Notes: generated from the sequence alone by a model not told the origin. A DNA stretch of 47,550 bases from Octopus bimaculoides (GCF_001194135.2 NC_068983.1:95609765-95657314), one strand, 5' to 3'. Shown: positions 1 through 12,019, counted from the first letter of the stretch. A program made the numbers and translations.

Positions 1-759
1 AAATTTAAAATGAAAAAAGCAAATAAAACGAAGCTATGGCCAAAGGAGTAAATGTAAACAACTGAATACTTGTCAGTGATTGGTTGAAATTATCGAAATA
101 AGACAATTTTTACATGAAATAAATTCGAATACAAAAATATTTTTCTGTTCTATAACACAAAATAGATAAGTATACGAAGTTTGAAAGTCTTTCAGTACCA
201 AAAACACTACGTAAAACATTAATGAAAAATGTGGCCCCCGTTTTAAAAAAGATCCGAGTTTGTTGTTAGTTAAGGAAATAGGTCTACCGAATGAGTAAAC
301 ATAAATTTTTAAAATATGGAATCTGTAAGAAAATTCTTTGAAATAAAAGAAATTCCTTGGCACAGTGAAAATATGGGGAAATGCTATTGCAAAATGATGA
401 AAAATACATTCCTAAGTGAGAGAGAAACATTTATAGAAATTTGTAGAAATTTGAAAATGGACAGAAATTTGAATGCCGTTTGTATCAACCTAGTGGTTCT
501 ATTCAATCTCACGTTCTCTGAATTCTAAGTTGTACCAGAATTCTCAACTAGAGCCGCTTAACTGTGAACTGACGTCATCGAAACCAATCCAAATTGAAGA
601 CGAGTTGCTTGTTTAGAACCAGATTGGTTCTTCCGTGAATTACATTCTACATTATTTTTCAAATATCACTTTATAATGCCAGTTTCATTGTATAAACCTT
701 TTCCAACTTATCCAAGTACAATCTACAACGTATGAACCATATTCTTGTTGTTCTTGCTT

Positions 760-1297
760 AACTATTAGTCAGCTGTGATAAAGCCGATGTATGATCAAAG
801 ATGTTGTTGTTGTTAAGTCATAAGTCAGTCCTGATAAAGCCGATGTATTATCAGAGACGTTGTCCTTTTAGTTTCGCGCTCAGTTACCGCCGATCAAACA
901 TCTTTAAACAAAGGGTTTTTTTTTCCTATTTAGCCCCAAGTCAGTCTTGACAGAGTCCATATATGATCAAATAATGTTGCTGTTTAGCTCTAGATCAACC
1001 CTGACCGAACTGAACTAGATTAATAACATGGTTACTATCCCAGGCTGGTCCTGTTAGAGTCGGTCTATGATCAATAATTTTGTTATTGCTAAGTCATAAC
1101 TCAGCTGTGATCAAGCAAACTTGGAAGCGATGATGTTATTTAGCCCCAGGCCAGTCTTGATCGAGCCGACCTGTCATCAAAGATGTCGATATTCCTGATC
1201 AAACCGATGTTTCATTTAAAAAGACGTTGCTGTTTCACCCCAGGTGATCAAACGCTCAAATCTTGTTTAGCTCCAGGTAAAATCTGATCGAGGCGAA
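760..1297. repeat. Degenerate tandem array of about 10 units of 50-56 bp (approx. GTTGYTGTTTAGCCCCAGGTCAGTCYTGATCGAGCCGAYNTATGATCAAAGA)
   Basis: AGTCAG-NNN-TGATAAAGCCGATGTA recurs at 767 and 823 (period 56). TTTAGC(C/T)C-type unit starts at about 929, 983, 1139, 1233 and 1266. The unit resembles the end of dispersed family E (reverse complement of 24929-24980). Confidence 0.75.
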
Positions 1298-1646
1298 ATT
1301 TAGTCGTTCTCCGCAATCAACTGTTGGCTAGTGTGCTTGATATATTACAAATATATATATACACACACACACACGCATAAATCCACACATAAATATATAT
1401 ATGTATGTTTATGTATGGAATTATGCGTGTGTATATTAGCATGACTGCGTAACTTTATATACATGTATAAGCCTGCCTGTACAAGCCTATTTGCGTGTGT
1501 GTAGAACTTATTTTGCAGTGATGTGAGTTCTACATACACACACTAGCTAAATATGTTAGCTCTCCCTCTACATTTCATTTCACTCCCCCTGGCCCCACCC
1601 CACGTACCTACAAAGAAGTTGCTGATCCCTTCACGCCGTGCCATGA

Positions 1647-1720
1647 TTCGACCTTCTGTTGGTCAATTGGTGTCAAATTCCATGAGTGACATCAATTGGC
1701 CAAACTGTTGAGCGGTTGAA
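1647..1720 (+). ncRNA. Candidate pre-miRNA-like hairpin, unassigned
   Basis: 17-bp stem 1659-1675/1687-1703 with two G-U pairs and an 11-nt loop; lower 7-bp stem 1647-1653/1714-1720. No expression evidence. Confidence 0.25.
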
Positions 1721-1793
1721 AATGTCATACTTTCAAATTATTCACTTGATGCTCTTTACAACATACTAATGGCACCTTATTTCCTTCTACTCT

Positions 1794-2110
1794 GTCTCTC
1801 TCTCTCTCTCTGGTTCTCAATGCCCCTCTCCTCCTCTCTGTTTCTCTGTCTCTCTCTCCCCCCTCTCACACACATGCAAATACACACGTATGTGCGTATG
1901 TGTGTGTGTGTGGATATATCTATGTGTGTGTATATATATATATATGCATATATATATATATATATATATACATATACATGCATGCACACACACATAAGGG
2001 TGTACACGAATAAATGTCTATACGTACACATAACGCGCGTGCACACACGTACTGCTCATGTATCTTGTCTATCTCTGTCCTCTCTCCGTGAATTCTCTCT
2101 ATATAAATCA

Positions 2111-2168
<58 letters not shown>
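1794..2168. repeat. Compound microsatellite (CT)n/(TG)n/(TA)n/(TATC)n
   Basis: Read directly; (TATC)n at 2113-2168. Confidence 0.95.
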
Positions 2169-2173
<5 letters not shown>

Positions 2174-2225
2174 AGACCACGGTAACCTTGGTCAATGAGA
2201 ATATTGACCAAGGTTACCGTGGTCT
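2174..2225. repeat. Perfect 23-bp inverted repeat with 6-nt spacer
   Basis: AGACCACGGTAACCTTGGTCAAT (2174-2196), GAGAAT, ATTGACCAAGGTTACCGTGGTCT (2203-2225); the arms are exact reverse complements. Confidence 0.98.
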
Positions 2226-2345
2226 TTTCCGTAGGCTTTTCCTTCCACGGCTAAACCTAAACTGTCCTCCCCTCTTTTTACACGAGAACATTACTGTGTG
2301 ATACACGATCCCTATTNNNNNNNNNNGTGGCTAATAAAAGAAATG

Positions 2346-2438
<93 letters not shown>

Positions 2439-2782
2439 GTCGGTCTATCTATTTCACTAACTCACACTACTATAAATACACCCCCCCTCTCTCTCTCTCT
2501 CTCTATGTCTCACTGTCTTTCTCTATATCTTCTACCGCGTGTTATCTATTTTCTCTCTTTCTCATTATCCCTCTTCTTATTCTTGGTTTTAAGCTTCAGC
2601 TGGGACTGTTCAACTACTTTTACTTACCAAATATTCTTGGAGAAGGCATGAACGTCTTATAATCCACTAAAGATAATCTTCACTCTCGTCCTTTTTCTCT
2701 GATCCCATATCTCTTCTTTACATCACACCCTCTTCCACCTCTTTTCTCTTAATACTTATGGCTTCCACTTTTTTCTCTTCCA

Positions 2783-2819
<37 letters not shown>

Positions 2820-3054
2820 TGAACACACAAACAAATACTGAGTCATATACATACATACATACATACAGACAGACATGCATACACATGCACACACACACAC
2901 ACACATATATATTTACGTACACATGCACACATTTAAGTTTACACACATATATGCATGCATACATACATACATACATACATAAGCACACACATACACACAT
3001 ATAATCATATACATACGTACATACATACATAGATATATACACACATACATACAC

Positions 3055-3087
<33 letters not shown>

Positions 3088-3268
3088 CAGATAGGCAGAC
3101 AGACAGATGCATGCATACATATATGCATACACATACACGCATATATTTACATACACATGCATACATATAAACATAGACACATACATGCTTGTATACATAA
3201 GTATACATATACATACATACATACATACATGCATGCATACATGCATGCATGTCTGCATTCATATATAT
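2346..3268. repeat. (TATC)n, (CT)n and a long compound (CA)n/(TACA)n block
   Basis: Read directly; explains the VCVC/YIHT-type ORFs here. Confidence 0.95.
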
Positions 3269-3270
3269 AC

Positions 3271-3533
3271 CTGATTGCTAGCTACTTTTTGAACGATTAG
3301 TCAAAATTTGTCGTCAATTCTCATGCAAAATTTCAGTCGAAAACACCGTGTACAACACTGCAACAACTCTCATTATCGAAGTCAACCGACTCCTAGACAA
3401 GCCGAAGCATCGAAAAGCTCTCGCAACAACACTGCTACGTTATATGTATCAAAATAACCTTCTCCGAGAGATATGCGTTAACGAAATCCAAAAGGCACTC
3501 TCACATTCCATTTCACATACAGTGAACCGGACA
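3271..3533 (-). other. Possible non-coding exon on the minus strand
   Basis: Unique CpG-containing sequence between microsatellites. Donor CAG/GTATAT at 3271/3270; possible acceptor (CTAAC branch, then CTAG) before 3533. Splice motifs only. Confidence 0.2.
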
Positions 3534-3936
3534 CTAGCCCGTAATATCAAAAGACCCATATTATTGTTAGGTAGTCACTGACCCCATTATTGTTTCATCC
3601 ATCATTTTGACACGTTCTGTTTATGTCTTGCTGGGTTTCTGACAACCTGTCTCATCAGGTTCGCACGGGGGGNNNNNNNNNNNNNNNNNNNNNNNNNGGG
3701 GGGGGGGGGTGCCAGTTTAGTGAGCGACGGACCCGACCATGGTTGTACCAGAATATATATTACCAATGGCGCTCCGAATGACCTGCCACAAATATTAAAT
3801 ATAGATGCATACATATATGAAGGCTCCTTCGTTGGTTCAGTTTCGAGAACTGAACTTTTCTATACAGATCAAGGACTCATACCTTTACTTTCGGCATCCG
3901 ATTCCCTTTAAAATCATCCATCTCCTTCCTCTCTTC

Positions 3937-3996
3937 CTCGTCTCGTCTCGTCTCGTCTCGTCTCGTCTCGTCTCGTCTCGTCTCGTCTCGTCTCGT
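3937..3996. repeat. (CTCGT)12 pentanucleotide microsatellite
   Basis: Read directly; followed by (CAT)n. Confidence 0.95.
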
Positions 3997-4260
3997 CTTC
4001 ATCATCATCATCATCATTAATAGCAACAACAGCATCATCATCATCATCATCATCATACTGATAACAATTAGATTGACCCTCCTCCTTTTCTATCAAATGA
4101 ACCACTTTCTTATTAATTAGATTTACGACTAATTAGTTCAGATAAGAAGTGACTCAATATTCTACAATCACGTATACCCTTAACATAATATTCTGGTCGA
4201 ATCACTGGGACAAAATATGGACCTTTGGTTTACACAATTTATTCGATGAATGTTCACATA

Positions 4261-4387
4261 GTTTCTGTCTACCCCCAATTTCTCTTGCAGAATTTGGATC
4301 GCCCTGACGCTTCCCAAGATGCCACACGGTGAGATTGAACTCAGGGGCCTCGTGATTGAAAAGCGAACTTCTAAACCATCGGTCATA
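4261..4387 (-). mobile_element. SINE family A, 5' part (tRNA head plus CORE-like start)
   Basis: Minus strand has TGGTTTAGAAG (A box), GAGTTCAATCTC (B box), then CTTGGGAAG; homologous to 7672-8087. Confidence 0.65.
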
Positions 4388-5121
4388 TCTACGTCTGCAA
4401 TCTATGTCTACACACATACACAAACACATGCATACACGCGCACGCATTAACGCACATGAACATACATTTGGACATAGATGCATTCATATACACAAGAAAT
4501 GAAACAATCTACAGAGTAATGAATGCTACGATCATATTGGAATTTGCAAGTCCAATACTCAAAGTATTGTTTCAGCATTATATCCATTATCATTGGATAT
4601 AAAACAGTAAAATATGCACCGAATTTCCTTTACCAAAATATGGCCGAAACTAGACCAGGCAGAGCATATCTCCATTACTGATACAAGAGTGCAATAAAAA
4701 TTTAATGAGCAATTAAATCTGTTAGACTTGTATATCATTTAAGAAATGAATGGTTATGTAACAGATGTCAGTAAGAACAAGTTAATTTTTGTTTTCTTAT
4801 TTTTGACAAACCGTTCGTGGATTGGTTAAAAGAACACTGAAAATTCCTTCAGGAAAAGCAAATATTCATATATTTATATGTAAGCATACATATGTATCCA
4901 TATACATACGTATTCTTCAAATTCAAACCGTTAGTAGAACAGCGAAAAGTATGCAAAACATTTCTAAAGTGGTATTGTCTAGATTACAATAGTGGAATTT
5001 TATTTCTTCGTGTGAAAGAAGCCCCCTACTTTGCAGAATGGTTTCGAACAATTAAACAAAATATCGAAGATGTACATGCACGCATAATACACATACGTAG
5101 TGTTTAGACTAACACAAATAC

Positions 5122-5340
5122 CTTTTCATAATCGACGTCATTTCGGCACCAACGCCACCACGTCAGCAGGAAACCACCCGAATTTATCCGAGGTCGATCG
5201 GAGATGTACGAATAAAACACCAAAAACTAACGGATAGTTACGGAGACTTTACGGAGCCAGCTGGAGTCAATTATATAGCAATCATTGGCACGGAATTGGT
5301 TAATTTCCGTCGAATTTGTCTGCGGAAACGGCTACAAGCT
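5122..5340 (-). promoter_or_regulatory. CpG-rich promoter-like island with possible minus-strand first exon
   Basis: 18 CpG in 5121-5340; CCACGTCA at 5158-5165; GACGTCA at 5134-5140; repeated ACGGA; minus-strand donor AAG/GTATTT at 5122/5121. Confidence 0.4.
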
Positions 5341-5503
5341 AAGTTGACAACTAGAAGAGGTGATTTCTGTAAACAAACAAGGCATTCAACTTGACAGCTG
5401 GCTTAAATGATCACACTGATACTCTTTCTCTCTACATCTATTTGCCTTTCTTCCCCACTGCCGCGCTGCCTTTCGTTCTCCCCATCACCACTTTGAGTCA
5501 TCT

Positions 5504-5541
<38 letters not shown>

Positions 5542-5697
5542 TTTCACTCTCTAATCTTCCCTTTCTCCCCCAGCCTTTGTTTTTTGACATATTTTCCTTT
5601 CTTCATTCGCGTCTTTTTTTTAAACAGTTTTTTTACTCGATCTTTTTTTCCTTCTATTGCTTCACTCTTGTTGCTGTTATGCTGTTGTCATTGGTGC

Positions 5698-6300
5698 CAG
5701 TACGATGATGGTGGCGATGGTGGTGAAGATAACGGTGCTAATTTTGTTGGTGGCTGTGCTGTTGCTAATTTTTGTAGTGGCGATATTGTGGCGAAAGTGG
5801 TGGTGGTGGTGGTGGTGGTGTTGGGATGTAGAGATAGTGGGGATGGTTGTTCCTGCTGAGGCGATGATAGTGGTGAAGGTGATGACAGCAGTATTGGTGG
5901 TGGTGACAGCGGTGGTAGAAGTAATGATAGCGACGGTGGTGATAATGGTAGTAGTGTTGGTGGCCATGATGTTGAAGTGGTGATAGCGTTGCTATAGGTA
6001 TTGGTTGTCATAGAGTTCATTGTAAAAATAGTGGTGGGAATGATTTTAGCAGTGTTCTGTCATCACCATCGTCGTCGTCGTCGTCGACGTCATTATCATC
6101 ATCACCATCGTTATCATTATCGTTATCATCAACGTCATCATCAGCAGCAACAACAGTAGCGGTGGCGGTGGTGGAGGCGGTGGTGACGGAGACAGCGGCG
6201 GCTGTGGCAGCTGCAGCAGCCGTAGCATCAAAAGTAACATCAGTCTTCTCCTTTGACACTTACTTCAGCAACATTAGCCACTGGCATCGTCGTCATCACT

Positions 6301-6338
<38 letters not shown>

Positions 6339-7168
6339 TAACACCGCAATCACCACTGCTACTGCCTCCGCCTTCCCTACCAATAGCTACCATCATTTCA
6401 ACTACATCCGCTGTCAGCACTAGGTTTGACACCCAAATCATCATAATCTTCATCATCATCATCGTCATTATCACACACAAACACACACACATTTATGTAT
6501 GCATACATCAACGCTATCACCGCCTTCATCATCGGGCTTTTGAAATTCCCACTCATCTCCTTCCTACAGAATGGTTGGGAATTGAACCTCTTTCAGGGTC
6601 TATATAGGCCAAGGACACACAGTTTACGTTCAGCATCCGACATCCTTTAAAATTGCACACCACCACCACCACCACCTCTTCCTCCTCCTCCTCCTCCTCC
6701 TCGTCTTCCTCCTCCTCGTCCTCCTCCTCGTCTTCCTCGTCCTCGTCCTCCTCCTCGTCTTCCTCGTCCTCGTCCTCCTCCTCCTCCCCCTCGTCGTCGT
6801 CCTCGTCGTCGTCCTCGTCGTCGTCCTCGTCGTCGTCCTCGTCGTCGTCCTCCTCCTCGTCGTCCTCCTCCTCCTCGNNNNNNNNNNNNNNNNNNNNNNN
6901 NNNNNNNNNNNNNNNNNNNNNNNNNNNNNNNNNNNNNNNNNNNNNNNNNNNNNNNNNNNCCGCCTTCATCATCGGGCTTTTGAAATTCCCACTCATCTCC
7001 TTCCTACAGAATGGTTGGGAATTGAACCTCTTTCAGGGTCTATATAGGCCAAGGACACACAGTTTACGTTCAGCATCCGACATCCTTTAAAATTGCACAC
7101 CACCACCACCACCACCTCTTCCTCCTCCTCCTCCTCCTCCTCATAATAATAATAATAATAATAATAAC
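5698..7168. repeat. Large compound trinucleotide low-complexity block (GGT, GAT, CAT, CAC, CCT, CGT, AAT)
   Basis: Read directly; source of the poly-V/T/H/E/D/S ORFs. Confidence 0.95.
6520..7142. repeat. Identical 183-bp direct duplication across an N gap, probably an assembly artefact
   Basis: 6520-6702 equals 6960-7142 (offset 440), separated by the gap at 6878-6959; the copies diverge only in the following microsatellite. Confidence 0.9.
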
Positions 7169-7671
7169 AGCTATCACATTGATCCTCCCTTCCTCTTCCC
7201 CGTTCCACCCAGGGTATAAGAGGCTGCGCTTAGTATGTTTGAGGAAGACAACATAGTGAGGCACTGTTTGTTTAGTGGTAAGTAACTTTGGGATGTATAC
7301 CTACTATTACATAACACTTCAGCCTTGATGGCTGGTACTTCCCTCCTACAACTTACTGTTAACGGAGCAGAGCACGAAGCTTTTACGTAGTCGTTAGCCA
7401 GCGATGGATGTTGCGAAAAGAAATGGAATGAGATGGCTGAATTATTTGCTGATGACGAATTTCCATCAAATCATGACCCTACTGTCTTGTGAAAAAAAAA
7501 AATGGCACATTGGATAATATAGCCATCGGTGAGATGGTTACAGCTGGAAGTATATCATTTCTTCACAGGTCTGTTCGATCACAGCTGACATGAGGCTAAA
7601 CAATAACAACAACAGCAAAAACAACAACAAAAACAATTTTGTCAGCACATCGGTCAAGTTTACATGTAGTA

Positions 7672-8087
7672 ATCTTTATCTTTTACTTGTTTCAGTCATT
7701 AGACTACAGTCATGCTAGAGCACCACCTTCACGAATTTTAGTCGAACGAATCAACCCTAGTACTTACTTTTTTTAAAGCCTGGTACTTACTTATCTTAGC
7801 GGCCCTTTTGCCGAACCGCTAAGTTACGTGGACGTAAGCTCACTAACATCTATTGTCAAGTGATGGTGGTGGAGGTGGTAGTGGTGGTGGGTGACCAAAC
7901 CCAAACACAAAGGCACACACACATAGAGTGGGCTTCTTTCAGTTTTTATCGACCAAATCTACTCACAAGACTTTGGCTGTCTCGAAGTTATAGTAGAAGA
8001 CACTTGCCCAAGGTTCCACGCTGTGGGACTCAACCCGGAACTATGTTGTTGGGAAGCAAACTTCTTAACACACAGCCACGCCTGTGC
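7672..8087 (-). mobile_element. Full-length SINE family A (tRNA head, CORE-like CTTGGGCAAGT, internal microsatellite, TAAAAGA tail); octopus CORE-SINE-like
   Basis: Minus strand begins GCACAGGCGTGGCTGTGTGTTAAGAAG, has GGGTTGAGTCCC (B box) and CCTTGGGCAAGTGTC, and ends GACTGAAACAAGTAAAAGATAAAGA. Homologous copies at 23747 and 25528. Confidence 0.9.
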
Positions 8088-8387
8088 GATGACTTTGTTT
8101 AAACTGAATTCAGTGTTTTATTGAGCAAACCCATGATGATAGGTATTCTTATTATGATCGGTTTCTAATTGTTTTTATTTTTTTTAATGTTTAGGATATG
8201 TAAGATTACACTATCCAATGTTTTCTTTGCTTATATTTTTTTAGGCGGTGATCGATCATTCGCAGGAAATTTGGCTACCAAGTTTTTCAGGTCGAACGAC
8301 TACTTAGAGATATCCATTTTCATTAACTCATATAGACTGCATATACAGATAATTTATATAGTTTATACACAGGCGAGAACATTATTT

Positions 8388-8480
8388 TATTGATCTCAAA
8401 TTCAGGGTAGGTTCAGCTGACTCCGGCAGGATCTGAACACTTAACGTAGAGTTCCGGAACAAATGCCTTCAGCGACAATA
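8388..8480 (-). mobile_element. Decayed SINE family B fragment
   Basis: GACTCCGGCAGGATCTGAACACTTAACGTAG aligns with the B motif GACCTCGGYGGAATTTGAACTCAGAACGTAA (e.g. 21474-21505). Confidence 0.5.
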
Positions 8481-8754
8481 CCAATTCACAGCCCAGAATC
8501 AAATAAATATAATCTATAAGGGTGGAAAGCTATTAATAAGTTACGTGATTATTGATTACCTACTGTTAATTATTATATTAATGACTTATTAATTAGGTGA
8601 GTCAGCGAAGCGAAACTCATATTCTTCAATTGCAAGTCATGCTTAGTGGACTATCTTTCCTTCGAAGACGTTTCATTCATAAATCAGTTAAGGGACGTAA
8701 GGAGTATGAAATATAATTATTACAGTGTATTAAACTAGCCACACACCATAGTAC

Positions 8755-8830
8755 TGCAGACTTCTAAGTCAGTTCACTGTCGGTTCGAGGAAATAAATAC
8801 CAGTCAGATATTAGGGTTGACTGAAACACT
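8755..8830 (+). mobile_element. Very decayed SINE family B fragment
   Basis: TCGAGGAAATAAATACCAGTCAGATATTAGGGTTGAC resembles 36357-36395. Confidence 0.35.
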
Positions 8831-9056
8831 TTTAACATACTTTGCATTATCTATTGTTTTGCAATGACTGGCACTCAGTCCTTTACAACAACGAGTGTTC
8901 CAGTTGATCCGATCAACGTAACTACCCGCTCGTTTCATGACTGGCTGGATCAGTTTTAATAAACTAATAATGCTCAATACGTTTGTACTGAGTACGCCGT
9001 TTCTGGATCTTATCCAACAACCATGTGCGTGCGTGCATGTTTGTGTGTGTGTGTGT

Positions 9057-9127
<71 letters not shown>

Positions 9128-9483
9128 GGAGTATTGCTTGCAGTTATACATAATGAATGTCACAAGTGATTCGATCGTTTCAAACTGGAAAGAACATCCA
9201 CAGAAGACGATCCAAATTATGAATGATCTTCTACGCAATAGCTGACTTGCCGCAAATTTTGTGAACATAAAGAGAATCAAACTACAGTCAATCAGATGTT
9301 CAGTCGTTCGAATAGTGATGAAATTTTCTGAAAATTTTAGTAACCCGGGACGAAGATTTTGTCGCCGTGACAAAAAAAAAAGAAAAAAAAAGACATGACC
9401 CTATCATGAGTTTGACCTACGTGCTTCCACCAAAATTCATGTTACGCTCGAGGCACGTACTTAATAATCCTTTCAATAAACAA

Positions 9484-9608
9484 TTATTATATCGACCCCA
9501 GAAAAGTGAAAGAAAAACCGACCTTGGCGGAATTCGAACTCAGAACGTAAAGAATGCCGCTAAGGATTTTGTACGGCAACGTTACGATTCTGCCAGAATG
9601 CCACCTTG
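9484..9608 (-). mobile_element. SINE family B, 5' half
   Basis: ATCGACCCC...GACCTTGGCGGAATTCGAACTCAGAACGTAA...GATTCTGCCAG. Confidence 0.85.
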
Positions 9609-10374
9609 GACCAGCTTAATAATGACAATGTTAATTTACTAAATGCTTTATCATTTTAAGTATCATTTGAAGCGAAGACAATGTATTTCGACAGAAATAT
9701 AGTCATAAATGGATGAGAGGCAATGTGAAGGAAGATGCCTGCGGTATGGACAAATAAAACTTAAATGCTCCAAACATGACAACCCACCTGCTCTTGCGTC
9801 ACTCCCTATGCGTAACTTTTTCTTAAAGCACATGACGACTCATGTCCTCCATTCGCTCTCCTCTCTGAATTTGACTTCAGTGAACTTCTTTTGTTCTCAA
9901 AGTAGAAACCGACTATGAAATGTCGCTGACTTCAGATGACAGAAAGGATAAAAGAAAATTAACAACGAGCAGCGTGCAATCCTTCTGAAAAGGATACGAG
10001 ACGTTTTTTGCACAGCCGTTTTGGCGTCACTGATTCGACCGTTGACTTATTTAGTACCAGATGTTTTAATAGTTCTCACATTCCCTCCCTTGCCTCTTTC
10101 TCTGCATATCTGTGCGATTATATTTCTCTTTATGTTTCTGAGCGGGAAAGTGTTTATGTCACTAATAAATTGTTTTCTCTCTCTCTCTCTCTCTCTCTCT
10201 CTNNNNNNNNNNNNNNNNNNNNNNNNNNNNNNNNNNNNNNNNNNNNNNNNNNNNNNNNNNNNNNNNNNNNNNNNNNNNNNNNNNNNNNNNNNNNNNNNNN
10301 NNNNNNNNNNNNNNNNNNNNNNNNNNNNNNNNNNNNNNNNNNNNNNNNNNNNNNNNNNNNNNNNNNNNNNNNNN

Positions 10375-10414
<40 letters not shown>

Positions 10415-11264
10415 GTCTGTCTCAGTCTTTCTATTTGTCTGTGCATATTTCTACCCTCGTGTTTTGTTTGCTTCCAGCTTCAAAAAAATACTGTCACCAA
10501 AATTGGCTGAATATCTAATCAGATGCCAAATCGTCGGTGTCCAGACAGTGACGACGAAACATCTCACTCCGTTCTGAAAACGAATTTGAAAACTGGAAGA
10601 GATACATCAACAGTGGAAGGAAGTATTCTGAGAGAGACAAGTCTAATTAAGCTATTAGTAAAAAAAAAAAAAAAAAAATGTATTCTAACAATAATACATG
10701 ATTGTGAAGGTGGAAATTAAAATAAAATTTGTCTTGGACTGACCTCGTACGTATGTCTGTATGTATGTATTGACTGGTATATATACACTTTGCAACATAA
10801 CTAATTAAGCTAAGCCATTAGCTTTTATTACAGTAATACTAATTTGTGTGATTTATTTTTTCCAGTTTCAATTTTCTATTTGTCGAGGAGTGAATGTCAC
10901 ATTTCTATACCTAGTTATGTACTGCATTCATTTCATTAAATTATATTTCACAATATATATGTTAGCAATTTTTTTGTGGTTCAATATTTATTAATCAAAC
11001 ACCTGTAATCCTAGGTCAGAAAACTAATGACTCAAAACATGGCGATTATAGATAAGAGGAAAGAAAACCAGAGATAAAGGGTAGATAGACAGATTGAGAA
11101 ATAGATAGGTAAAGAGAGAGAGGCAGGGGTAGAAAGAGAGAGAGGGGGACGGAGAGAGAGAGAGAGGAGAAAGTTTTAAAAGTTTTAAAAAGATCGCCGT
11201 ATCAGTATAGTCTAAGTTGTGGATGTGGTTGTATTATTACTATAGAGATCTGAGTATGTTTTGG

Positions 11265-11396
11265 AGAAGACCGTATGTCTTCCAACAAGGCTAGGACAAT
11301 TCAAGCGTAGATATATGTCCATCTCCATGATCTTGTTCTTCCAGGCACATGGCGTCCTAGCTCACCAAGCCTAAATTCACTGGACGTACGTGGCGT
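11265..11396 (+). mobile_element. Tc1/mariner-superfamily transposase relic
   Basis: Translates as RRPYVFQQ, then after a small deletion KARTIQA*IYVHLHDLVLPGTWRPSSPSLNSLD. This matches the family motifs PYVFQQD and WPPxSPDLNPLD; stop and frameshift present. Confidence 0.7.
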
Positions 11397-11597
11397 AGTC
11401 TGTGTTTGTCTCCCATCACTCCTTGACAACCGGTGTTTGAGTGTTTGCTTAGCGGTTCAGCAAACGAGACCGATAGAATAAGTGCCTGGCTTAGCAACAA
11501 GATAATTACTGAGGTCGATTCATTCGACTAAAACTTCTTCAGGCGGTGCCCCAGTATAGCAGTCTAGTGAAACAAGCAAAAGATAAAAGATAAGATA
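11397..11597 (+). mobile_element. SINE family A, 3' half
   Basis: CTTGACAACCGGTG...GAGACCGATAGAATAAGT...TTCGACTAAA...GGCGGTGCCCCAG...AAAAGATAAAAGATA. Confidence 0.85.
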
Positions 11598-11944
11598 GTG
11601 CTGTGCACAGTGTTATCTGGGGAATTGGATATTTTGAAACGTATGATGAACTTCTTAATAAACATACAATTTTAGCCTTGTCTTATAAAAAAAATAATAA
11701 TAAACGCCACGGATTTTATCACAAGGTACAAAGTAGTTGCACTACAGGCTATATCTCAGCGGATCAATAATTTTAATTCTGGTGATTGGGTTGATGTGTG
11801 ATTGACAAGTTCGCCACCTAGACATTTAATGCTTCTACGCTTCACTTTGAGCAAGTGTCATCTTCCATTGCCACGATCTAACCAATATCTTAGGAGCATT
11901 GGTTGCGGAAATTGTGCAATATAAATGAGTGTGTGAGCATGAAT

Positions 11945-12019
<75 letters not shown>

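Noticed and set aside
3631-3668. Minus-strand hammerhead-like core CUGAUGA-GACA-GGU-UGUC-A-GAAAC
   Set aside because: There is an extra A before G12, no NUH or stem I partner downstream, and the upstream side falls in a gap, so the fold cannot be completed. Worth rechecking if the gap is closed.
6553-7090. Poly-E/D and poly-S ORFs resembling acidic or serine-rich proteins
   Set aside because: They are readings of a (CCT/CGT)n tract running through a gap and a duplicated segment, with no non-repetitive domain.
6520-7142. Exact 183-bp tandem duplication as a biological event
   Set aside because: The copies are identical, straddle an N gap and differ only in the adjacent microsatellite, which fits two alleles or a contig overlap.
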